A DNA stretch of 64,000 bases from Balanoglossus misakiensis (taxonomy: Eukaryota; Animalia; Hemichordata): contig CM082580.2 in NCBI GenBank assembly GCA_040954595.2, positions 11,112,909-11,176,908 on the forward strand, in the 5' to 3' direction. This document shows positions 1-10,894 of the stretch, piece after piece (the stretch's first letter is position 1; each line of letters starts with the position of its first letter). The position numbers were made by a program, and so were the translations under genes. The notes under the pieces are model-generated. The model saw nothing but the letters and a program-made list of their open reading frames with translations. It searched no databases and had not been told where the DNA came from.

Positions 1-16
1 GGACAAACTATGTTCG

Positions 17-800
17 ACTCACCTGGGCCAACAGGTCACCACAAGGTTACGAAGTCATAGGTTACCCAGGTAAACGCACTTCAAAAATAGTTATTTGGTA
101 TACACTGTACGTTTGTGCATAAAAACACCACAGTGCGTTTTTTTCAGTCTGTTCCTCTCTTTCCGGGCGAGCTTCGCGAACAGTGCGGTGGAAACAATCC
201 GATATGTTTAAGTCGTGCCTTAGCCTTAAGCAAAATACTTTACAGACAATACACGGAGAGTGAAATCTGGACGGTTAGTGGTTCGATTCTTCTACAAACA
301 ATTGGATGCGACTAAAAAGCTCAGAGCGCCGGTATTGTGTTCGGTGGTGACCGATTGTACAAATCAGAACAAGTCTTCGGGAGACCGCGGACAGGAAATA
401 ATGCCGACCGATCGAGCTACAAAGCCACCCGTGCTGTGCTTATTTGTATGGTACGTTCCTTACCTGTGTTCGGCAATGTTCTGTAAATAGTCCCCTTTCA
501 AGTCTGCTTGTTGTAGTCCCGTTTTACTTGATAGCCACAGCGCACTGCGGGTAGAGGGAAAACACAGGGTATAATTATAGCGCTAACTGTAAATCTAACG
601 ATCAATCACAAAACTTCAACAGCGGTTGTCGTTCACAAGCCCTCACCTGGTGATGTCATCACGTCGCCCCCACTGCGCAGGTCACGCTAGTGATACTAAA
701 GCCTTTCGTCGGTTTACATACCGCAGTTGCACAGGTAACTCGTTAGCCCGAGGCTGTGATCGTGTAGTCGATAATATCTACGTTTTCATACGACGCGGGT
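17..800 (-). promoter_or_regulatory. Putative promoter / alternative non-coding first exons of a minus-strand gene that continues left of the window
   Basis: CpG-rich segment with three near-consensus minus-strand donors: CAG|GTGAGT (exon ends 23), CAG|GTAAGG (exon ends 464) and CAG|GTGAGG (exon ends 647). No convincing ORF precedes them. The gene cannot be identified from this window. Confidence 0.4.
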
Positions 801-2991
801 ACGTTTTTATTTTCCCTTTGGAACTTTCTCCCGAGAAAGCAGAGGCGTACGACAGAAAACGGATGTCCAACGCAAGCAACACAATGTAAATGACCACGAT
901 TGACTCGTCACGTCATACAGTGCCAACAGTGAAGGTATTTTTACACATTGTGATATGATACCCACTGAACGCGGAAGGATCCGAAACAGAAAGGCCTTGA
1001 AAATATCTATAAATAGAACCCTAATCAGCTGCGGATGGTTTACCATGCGTTTAGAACCGGACCCTGACTGCAGTGACAATGACCGACCGTGACACCGGAG
1101 ATAGATCATTCCGCCCCACCAGCGTTCGCCCAAAGTCAGAGCCAACATGAAAGTGCCGTGAAATGTGCGCCACCACTGATAGCGTTACCCGGCCAGTACT
1201 CATATCTATACACTTATCTGACATATTAAAGTCCCACGAACAACCAACTTTGAATTATTTTGAAATTGATGACTTTACTGTCAAAGTTAGATTAGCTCAT
1301 TTTATTAATCTTGCCGAATTTGGTAAAATAACCTGATTGGCGTCGATAAATGTCAAACTACCCATTGCCGATGCAAGACCCTGCATTGCAACTATTTCCA
1401 AGGCAAATTGCCATGACGGTTACGAGCGCCCCCTTAACATCCTAAAATACAATTACAGGATTGAACTTTGGTGTATAATGAAAGCTTCATGTATGGGGTC
1501 ATGCGTCTCGATGGCCTTACTCCAATTAGAACATGATGCATTCGCATCAAGACTCTTAGAGTTGCTCCTGACAATGTGAGTTTTGTAAAAGTGCTCGTTA
1601 CCTCAAAAATTGCATGTTTGATCAAAGTTATAGCGATACGTGCATGATCCAATAATCATGGTGACTCCTAACTTTGCAGTCTTTAAACTAGTAGATTTAT
1701 TCACTCGAGTATCTACTTATCATTGAGCACCGATCCGCCTAACGATTTTTGTTTTCGCATTTTAATTTTTGGAATAATCGCCTCTTCATTTCTATGGTAT
1801 GCAGACAATTTTTTCTCTTAACTTACGGTCAATTAATGACCTATTTTTGAAAAAAGTCCACGAAACTTTGTTATTCTGTTGTTTTTGACTGGTAGTGACA
1901 TAAACAAGTAAATAATAATATAATAACAATAGCGCATGATAGGTAATGTTGTAACGCTTAATGAACACATATGCGAAGTTAAACTTTGTGTTTACAGTAA
2001 TGTATGTGTGCGCCATGGCATAAAATGTGACAAAACTTGTCAATGGAACTCACCGAGACAGTTGAAGTTCAATGATCGCTAAAAGCAAAGTTACCTCAAA
2101 AGAACACAAATCCCAAACTATGCTCCGACGGAAAAATATTACTGTAACATGTTCCGAATATCTGTCCAATGTTTCCAGTAGTATTTGCTATTCCTTCAAG
2201 CTCTGTCACGCTTTGGACAGCTTACACGTAAATGTTTGTCAATGGTCACCTCTGAATGGGAAACAATCTTGTTTCTCTATTTGTTTTAGAAGTGAGGTGC
2301 TCATTCAATTCCTCCAAGAATGTCTTATTGGAAGCAGAGTCACACACACCCAACAAAAGATTCCAAAACCAAGTGTTTGTACACCTGTGTATCGGCTTGA
2401 AGTTTAATCCGCCAAACTCATTACAGCCGGAACGGAACAATGAGGAGCTCTCGACGTGCTTTTGCCCCTTGCTCCTTGAAAGAGCTGCTACTGGGCCATT
2501 ATGCAACTGGTTCTGATTGTCTTGGCAAACTCCCGTATTCCCAACCTGACGCATGCGCAGCACAGCAAAGTTGCCAGATGTTGGATGTTATAGTGTGACG
2601 ATACGAAATGTTCTCACTTCTGCATATCTTCGGCTTCGCGCGGTTTGCATGAGGAACTTCGGACCTGAGACCGCAACACTTCAAAGGTTTTAAACCCTAA
2701 GAGGTGATGCAACAGGTGAATGTTCCGCCATCTCTGTGTGCGTGCGTAATACACTGCAGCAAGTGTGCAAGTCTCTCATAACCATAACAACGAAAGCAAA
2801 CATGCACATAAATTAAAACAACCTCACATGTCAATATGACAAAAATATCAGTTGCCTTCTGAGAAAATTTCCAGACAAACGGGAACGAAACTGTATCACT
2901 CAATGTCTGATACTCTCCACCGGTTCAGTGAAACACAATCTTGATCAAGAATCTCCATGGAAACAAGTACGATTTTCACTGGCTTCTGTGA

Positions 2992-3810
2992 CTTAATCTA
3001 CGAGGCCGCACGGCCTCAACATGGCTTCGGCAATAGCCCTGTACCGGCTGTCTTTATTCACACACCTTGAGGTATGACAAAAATCAAATTCGAAAGAAAA
3101 GTGTTGGGCCTAAGACGAAATACACCTTTTTGACAATTGCAATTTCTTCCCTTTTCTGAAAAATAATCATGGGTACAAGTATACTATCATATGATCCTTA
3201 TCTGGTGCTGGAGATTTACCTACATGTAAGCTCACAAACGGGCTGAGTACAGTAAACAAGGTTTACCTGCGCGAGTATATAGGAAAACTGCTCTAAAAGC
3301 CATCAAGATACACAAGTCAAATATTCTACTGATCTCGACGCAAATCACGAAAAAATGCGGAATGAGGAATGAAGCAAAACGGAGATGAAGACTACAGGAG
3401 TGATACGACAGCAAACCAAACACTGAATGTCAAACAGACCCGAAATGGCACAAGTACTAAATAGACAAAAACACTCTACTATATTTCCTTGAAGATGCGA
3501 CATGTTGACGACATATACAATTCGGTCACATTTTCATGATTTTTGGCAATTAGCATCTTGCACTAGCTTGCTATTATATCCCTTCTGGATAATTTTACTA
3601 TACGTGACAATCACCACACCTTGACTGACAATTCAAATGAATAATTCATAATCAAATGTATGTCACGGAAATTATAGACAGATAGACATTCGGACAGACA
3701 GACAGACAGACAGACAGACATACACACACATGTATATACTGTACGTACGGCGTACATGTATACACGACTTCCGTATTAGAAACGTGACACTTTGAGCATA
3801 GCTATTAAGT
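2992..3810 (+). mobile_element. Possible degenerate Helentron/HINE-like non-autonomous element
   Basis: Begins with a small hairpin GAGGCCG-CA-CGGCCTC (3002-3017), has a (GACA)7 tract near the other end, and ends in CATAGCTATTAA. This layout resembles invertebrate HINEs. Boundaries are uncertain. Confidence 0.25.
3693..3720. repeat. (GACA)7 microsatellite
   Basis: Seen directly. Confidence 0.95.
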
Positions 3811-6097
3811 AATTATACCTGGCACTATTGCAATGACCCAAATAGGGCATTGATTGGAACGCTATGAAGGAATGCATGCATGCATGGAAACTAGCATTAT
3901 GAAGGTAAATTGACTGAAGCCCGTGGCTGTTTAGCTAGACGAATTTTCCTGTGTTTCTTTTAACTCCCGATATGAAGAAAAAAATCGCCGTTATGCACAT
4001 GGCGGTCACTACACGAGACTCGAACGCTGTTATCGAACCTTCAGCATTCCTGTTTTAAGAGAGAAAAAATGGCGATAAAAAAAGTAATTACTCTTGAACA
4101 CAATATGAAAAGAAAACACTATTGTGGGAACTAATGAAGCTAATTATTACTTCCATGGAGTAATTTAATTCTCAGCGTAGGCGTTCCGCTTGAAGTACTA
4201 CAGGTAGGCCGGCAGCCTGTGTGTAATTTGGAAGCCGTTTTGCCACAAGGGACCCAATCACTGGAAAATCTCATCGCCACAATCTGGAAGAATGGTGCCC
4301 GGTTCACTTAGCATAGACGGGTCACAGCAGGCAGTGTAGTGTGATCATTGAAGATTATAATAATAATATAATAATTTGTCTTCATTTATGAGTCATTGTG
4401 TGTAAAAACTCAGAGCGACAAACATTGTTTCTGAAATTCAGACTGCCATGTCTTTCCCTTGAATTTTCACACTCCCTTTCATAGCATGGAAGCTTCTATA
4501 CTGCCGCTATACGTATGATTTTACTCAATACTGTCTGTCTGTCAAGTTACCATAATTACTATCTATGAAGAACCTCTGTCATATATTTGGCTTATTAAGC
4601 GTCTGTGCAACTCATATTTGTCAAAATTGTAGTAAGAAATGTGCAATTTTGTATTTTGGAGAATATTCTCTAATTTATCAACTTCAGGAGAGTGACGTGG
4701 TATAGGAAACACATATCAGTCCATTTGACGCTATTTTTTCGGGTTTTTAGTTTAGTGTACCCTAAGGGTTGTCATTGCGAACGCAGTCTTTCCACTGGAG
4801 TTATCTGCACTGTAAATTATTCACCGGTGGCTTTGAATGTACCGATGCAAACATCAAGTAAATCTGTCATTTATCCTCCTATGGTCAGCCAAAGTTCCAA
4901 CACTCCGATCGTGGAAGGCTTTATGTAGGCGTGTATCATCCAATGTTTGAAAATCGACATTTGTCAGTGTCTCAAAATCTGCATTTTTCCGGGACTTCAA
5001 GGAACTTCTGTGATATAATGCTTTCAAAATAATGAAATACAGACTTTTCCCTGGTGTAGAGGACAAATTGTGCCAACCTTTGGTATATATCCGTTCACAT
5101 GATATTATTTAAACTGCGCACATATAATATATAGACGATAATTTGCTATCATATTGCAACTCATATATAATATATGGACAATAATGTGTGATCATATGGC
5201 GGTGTGACTCTCCGTTATTTATATGCCTCATTCAAATACTATAAAAACGAGAATCCCTGGTGTGTATATCTGTGTCCACCCCTATGCTCTCATTCAGTTC
5301 TTGTCTGTCCCTGCCGGGCATCGTAAACAATCCCGGCTCCCTCATCCCATTCGCAAGGCAAACAATACGATTCACTAGCTTTTCTTGTAAAATATCGCTT
5401 TATGCGTCCACAGACAGGGACTTCAATCAGACTGGCGGCACTGAAACGAATTGCTATCGATGCAATATCAACAGCATTTCGCGTGAAATTGATAGCCGCT
5501 GAAATAACTGAAACGAGAATAAAAGCGATTCCGATATCAGATCAGTGGGTTTTTTTCTGAAAAACATGCGGTTGAGAGGATTATGGGAAAGATTAGGGCT
5601 ACGTTCATTACCAGGTTTTTTGGTAAATACCTATTCTATGAATTCAAGATGCAAAAACCCATTCCAACCATAATATATATTGCCTTTCGCGATAATCAGA
5701 GTTTTTGTAATGTTTGCCAATTTTCCAATACCTTCATCCGCTCGTTTCTATTCCAAAAATATCCGCAGGCTGTAAGCTGACATTTTAAAGTAAGCCTTAC
5801 TGACACGGTTTCTTGTAAAGTTGAATAGGCACAATGTGAGAATACAACATTGTGACATTCCTTGACAATAGTGTTAACATGTATATTCTGGTGGTACTAA
5901 ACACTTTTATACACAATCATGTATCCCTATATTCAAAACATCACCACTGACATCTCCTGAAGCAATCAATGAATTTAATTGCAACTAGTTTCAAGTTTAT
6001 AAACAGGTGATATTTTAGAATATACTTACTATGTACCTGTCCTGCTATCCTGCTATGTACCTGTCTTTCTGTCTATCTTACCAGGCCCAACCCATCC

Positions 6098-6228
6098 CAA
6101 GACAAGACACGACAAGACAAGACAAGTCACTTCAATTCAAGACAAGACAAACATCATCATCATCACCATCACCTGCCCATCATCATTATCATCGTCATCA
6201 TCATCGTCATCATCATCATCATCATCGT
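6098..6228. repeat. Compound microsatellite: imperfect (CAAGA)n then imperfect (CAT)n
   Basis: Seen directly. Explains the His/Ser-rich ORF 6031..6357. Confidence 0.9.
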
Positions 6229-7929
6229 TGTCATCTGTCACGTGACTGTAAACAAGACCACGAATATAGTGAAACAATTCAATGCCAGGAGAATAATTTG
6301 AATTACCAGGTCAGCGAACTCTGTCCTTATGGAGCGAGATGTCTGGGGAATGACTGACAGACCCATTGGTTTATATTCGATCAACTATGACACATCCAGA
6401 CATGTGCGCACTGATCCGTTCTTCCGTGTACACGAACGCATAATACATGTATCTGGCTAAAATGCCAAATAGAGTCGCGAAAGGAGATGAATACCTATTT
6501 CAAATAGTTAATACGTAACCCCTTTAGATTTTACTTTAAGCGTGAGCAATAACATCAACGCAAACAAGTAATTATGTGTAAACGGTGATTATAAGTCACG
6601 AATCCAGAAAACATTTGTACTAAAAGGGCAATTTGTACCCCAAAGCGAAAATATTGACACGGCTGAATTATAGTGACGTGAGTCATCATGCAAAGATCAT
6701 AGTGCTTCTTATCTTAGCCATGAAACAGCTTACGGCAGCCAACTTTGCTCGAACTGGCTGGAGAAAACACTTAAGCGATAGATTTATTTTATATTAGTCG
6801 TTTGTGCACTAGTCGTGTGCTCAATCACACATAAATCTTAGTGACTAATCGTTGTTTTTACAACACAGTTGACTTAGTATTAAAAGACTCCCTACAATGG
6901 TGTCGACGTCAACTGTACCATTATAGTTTGACGAATCCTCTGCTAACATTGCTAAATTTCAAACTTAAACAGCTTGCTAGGAAAATGTTGTTTATCTCTA
7001 GCCTAGATTATCCCCCAAAGTACAAATAAAGTTCAAAACATGGATGTATCATCACACAAAAGTGTAATAATTAAACTAACTTTTTATACTATCCAAATTT
7101 GTAGCAAACTTTTTCATCTATATCTCATATACTAACCCGATTCTTACCTTTACACTCCTAACTAGTATGTGATGATATGCAATGAGTTCGGTTATCTACA
7201 CATTTGACGTAATTTCGAACGCCATTTGCCATTTTCATGACTACGGAGCACACTGGTGGATTTCTGTTCGAGAATTTTGCCTTAAAACAGGTAACAGCCT
7301 GTTCTCGTGCGTTGCTATGCACCGCCGCAGCGCGCTAGCGGGTCACTGAGCATTCGGCGCCGACGTGACCACAAGCGGAGAAAATTACGCCACGCCTGCC
7401 TATGCACAGCGGAGGACGTATAGCAGTGTGTCTCGACCCGTCAGCGAGCTCCATTTCTCGGATTTCCTCCAAAAATACGCCAGAGTGCATTAGGAAAGAA
7501 AGAAAAAAGGCATTCTCGGCGGTAAATGCGGCGCAATCTGTAATAGAGGAAAGCCCGCGCGGCATTCTGGCTCCGTAACCCCAATTAAACTCTGTCAGTT
7601 GATTGGAACGTAAACATCCAATGGCGACCGTTCAAACGGCAGTAATAAAAATGTTATTCTGAAAACCATGAAACCGAGCGATTATCGCATGTGTGCCCTT
7701 ACCAAATTTCCGAGTGCTCGGGTGCACCTCGGGTGCACCTAAAATACACCCAAAACACACCAATAGCACTTAGACCCACCCGTAACCTACCTAAAACACA
7801 CCACTGTAAGATGAGGTGGGTTTTGGGTGGGTGGTCTAACCCACCCGAAATCCACCCCTACAACATAAACTGAATAGGTGTCTTACGGGTGCACCCGAAA
7901 TACACCTTCTGATATCAGCACTGGCCGTT

Positions 7930-8435
7930 AAGGCACCCAAAACACACCTGCTTTAGACTTTGCAACTTTTCCACATCGGGAAGGCACCCAAAACACACCC
8001 GCTTTAGACTTTGCAACTTTTCCACATAGGGAAGGCACCCAAAACACACCTGCTTTAGACTTTGCAACTTTTTCACATCGGGAAGGCACCCAAAACACAC
8101 CCGCTTTAGACTTTGCAACTTTTCCACATAGGGAAGGCACCCAAAACACACCTGCTTTAGACTTTGCAACTTTTTCACATCGGGAAGGCACCCAAAACAC
8201 ACCCGCTTACGACTTCGCAACTTTTTCACATCGAGGAGGCACCCAAAACACACCCGCTTTCGACTTTGCAACTTTTTCACATAGGGAAGGCACCCAAAAC
8301 ACACCCGCTTACGACTTTGCAACTCTTTCACATCGAGAAGGCACCCAAAACACACCTGCTTTCGACTTTGCAACTTTTTCACATCGAGAAGGCACCCAAA
8401 ACACACCCGCTTTACACTTTGCAACTTTTTCACAT
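7930..8435. repeat. Minisatellite, ~10 x 51-bp units, inside the CACTA-like element
   Basis: First unit AAGGCACCCAAAACACACCTGCTTTAGACTTTGCAACTTTTCCACATCGGG. Units start at 7930, 7981, 8032 and so on. Produces the 17-aa periodic ORFs 7915..8433, 7928..8200 and 8164..8442. Confidence 0.97.
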
Positions 8436-9490
8436 CAGTTAGTTGATGAAAAATTATATCATCTGTTGAAGTTGGAAAATTTCTGAATATATTTTATTAA
8501 ATAATTAACAGCTCCAAGGAATAAAAAACTTTTTTTCCATTTATATGTACTGGAATATCGCACAAAATCAAGTTCTGTCTCTTTATTTTGGAGATCACGA
8601 TTTTAATAAAAGTTTTCCACGATTTATTCACCATAATATACAACCCTTGCAAGTTGTACTGGCCGAAGTACAATACTTGACTTTTGACCCGGGACGTCAT
8701 TAACATACGTAACCGGATTGGTCCATTCATAATAACGTCATTGAACAGTCATACTGGCAAGTCCACATCGTAGACACGGAAGTCAATGTCGGAAAGCCAT
8801 TTCGACGCAGTTTTAGCAAAATTTGTGAAATCGTTTCGTTGTTCCGACTACTTTAGGCGTCAGAGATGACGTGCGGATATCAAAACACGTAAGATCATGA
8901 CAAGGGAGGTCAGTCACGTACGTTCATCACGCGCATCGGTCGACATGGTCATAACAATGTGGCCGCCATTCTCGATGTCAGTAAACAGTCGCATTCAAAC
9001 ACATCGCGTTTTGATACGACTCGGACGATTGTAAGTACCAAACGCGTTTTGAACGAACACCTACTCCTGTGGTGTGTCCATTGATAGCTGTTGATTTGAC
9101 CGTACTCATTACAAGAAATCTCGATCGCCATTTAAGGACGATGATGCATGGACGAGAGAATGGTTCATTCAAAATGGCGTGGACATTGCATGTACGTTGC
9201 ATAATATCGTTCCCGGACAGAAATGTGAAGCAGCATGCCTCGGATAACTTTATTATTGCTGTGAAACCACTGACTGTATTCTGATCACGGTGACCACATT
9301 TCCATCGAACTTAGTGTAGATTACAAGTGTTTGTACATAGCTAGTCGAACTGTACTATGTAGCTATATCATTTCATCCTTCATTTTATTTTTACTGTACT
9401 GTACAAAAGAACTTTATTAAGTTTACAATTAGCAATATATTAACTTTTAGTTTTATTGAACAATAATTGTATTGGCTGGTTTTTTCACAT

Positions 9491-9505
9491 TGTGTGTGTG
9501 TGTGT
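9491..9505. repeat. (TG)7 microsatellite inside the transposon
   Basis: Seen directly. Confidence 0.85.
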
Positions 9506-9950
9506 ATGAGCCACTGCAGCAACTGCATAATACATCCATAATATCATTCAGGTGTGTTTTAGGTGCCACCTAAAGTGCACCCGGAGTATGTTGTTCCGGG
9601 TGCGTTTCGGGTGCATCCATACCATATAATACGGGTGTGTTTCGGGTGCCACCTAAGGTGCACCTCGGGTGTGCTCTATTTCGGGTGCCTTTTGGGTGCA
9701 CCTATAATGCACCTGTTTTGTACACCCGAAACACACCTAAAGTGACCAATTTAAGGTGGTTTCGGGTGTGTTCTGAGGGGTGTGTTTAGGGTGCCACCTA
9801 AGGTGCACCCGGGGTGTGTTCTTTCGGGTGCCTTTCGGGTGCACCCGATTTTGGTAAGGGTGCAGCTGCAAAGAAGCTTGCGGCCGTGCGTTATAGCAGG
9901 CAGTGTGGAAAAAGGAACAAATGTATCCTCTCTCTGCAGATCTGCTGGAC

Positions 9951-10399
9951 TATGAGGTTATTACGAAAATACCGCAAAGTATGCACGAGGACATTAGCGC
10001 TGAGTATCGCCCGACGCGTAGCGGAGGGCGATGCGCTGCGCTAATGTCCGAGTGCATACTTTGCGGTATTTTCGTAATAACCTTATTATTATACATCTTA
10101 CATCTTCGATAGTTCTTGTTTTGCATGTTACTTGGCTTTCAAAACGCCCAAAATGCCGATACAATCGATCGAAAACCGCTCAGTGAGCAGCCATCTTTCT
10201 TTTTTGTTTACGTACGTGCGCGTGCGTTGGAGCGGGGGTGTCTTGAAACCGTCCGCATAACAACGCATACCTGTACACGGTGAGTTGGGGCGCCTTGAAA
10301 CCTAAAACTTATTTAACGCGCGTTCCGTACGTACCGTTCCGTACGGCTTTTTATTGCACGCCAAAATCTATTGTTCTCGGCACTAGATGTATAATAATT
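9951..10399. mobile_element. ~449-bp non-coding palindromic element, copy 1 (putative tyrosine-recombinase-mobilised, Crypton/DIRS-like non-autonomous)
   Basis: Perfect 32-bp inverted arms 9955-9986 / 10052-10083, with inner stems 9989-10000 / 10038-10049 and 10006-10012 / 10026-10032. A second 14-bp IR pair, ATTATTATACATCT (10085-10098) / AGATGTATAATAAT (10385-10398). A near-identical second copy lies 495 bp downstream. No TSD seen. Confidence 0.75.
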
Positions 10400-10445
10400 A
10401 CTAATATTCTACATTTCATACTGTAAATCATGCGTTATGTTATAT

Positions 10446-10894
10446 TATGAGGTTATTACGAAAATACCGCAAAGTATGCACGAGGACATTAGCGCTGAGT
10501 ATCGCCCGACGCGTAGCGGAGGGCGATGCGCTGCGCTAATGTCCGAGTGCATACTTTGCGGTATTTTCGTAATAACCTTATTATTATACATCTTACATCT
10601 CCGATAGTTCTTGTTTTGCATGTTACTTGGCTTTCAAAACGCCCAAAATGCCGATACAATCGATCGAAAACCGCTCAGTGAGCAGCCATCTTTCTTTTTT
10701 GTTTACGTACGTGCGCGTGCGTTGGAATGCGGGCGCCTTGAAACCGTCCGCATAACAGCGCATACCTGTACACGGTGAGTTTGGGGCGCCTTGAAACTAA
10801 GGCTTATTTAACGCGCGTTCCGTACGTACCGTTCCGTACGGCTTTTTATTGCACGCCAAAATCTATTGTTCTCGGCACTAGATGTATAATAATT
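10446..10894. mobile_element. ~449-bp non-coding palindromic element, copy 2 (direct orientation)
   Basis: Nearly identical to 9951-10399, with a few clustered substitutions and indels. Separated from copy 1 by a unique 46-bp AT-rich spacer (10400-10445). Confidence 0.75.

Larger units (their letters stand above)
7696..9860. mobile_element. Non-autonomous CMC/EnSpm (CACTA-superfamily)-like DNA transposon, 2165 bp
   Basis: Perfect 11-bp TIRs CCCTTACCAAA (7696-7706) and TTTGGTAAGGG (9850-9860), flanked by a 2-bp TG duplication (7694-7695 / 9861-9862). Dense subterminal arrays of GGGTGCACC and CACCC-AAACACACC motifs in both orientations (7696-7910, 9550-9860). No transposase ORF. The superfamily is inferred from CCC..GGG ends, 2-bp TSD and subterminal repeats. 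Confidence 0.8.

Noticed and set aside
250-300. tRNA/SINE suggested by a B-box-like GGTTCGATTC
   Set aside because: No A box at a suitable spacing and no cloverleaf.
1226-1687. Kolobok-like TTAAAG...CTTTAA MITE
   Set aside because: The inverted match does not extend convincingly beyond 6 bp.
6031-6357. His-rich 108-aa protein
   Set aside because: Translation of CAAGA/CAT microsatellites.
7930-8435. CRISPR-like array
   Set aside because: Head-to-tail units with no unique spacers, no cas genes, and a eukaryotic context.
7915-8442. Cys-rich 17-aa repeat proteins (KKLQSLKRVCFGCLPDV)n
   Set aside because: By-product of a 51-bp (multiple of 3) minisatellite inside a transposon; open on both strands.
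9563-10112. ORFs 9563..9745, 9814..10044 and 9903..10112
   Set aside because: They run through subterminal repeats and across element boundaries.
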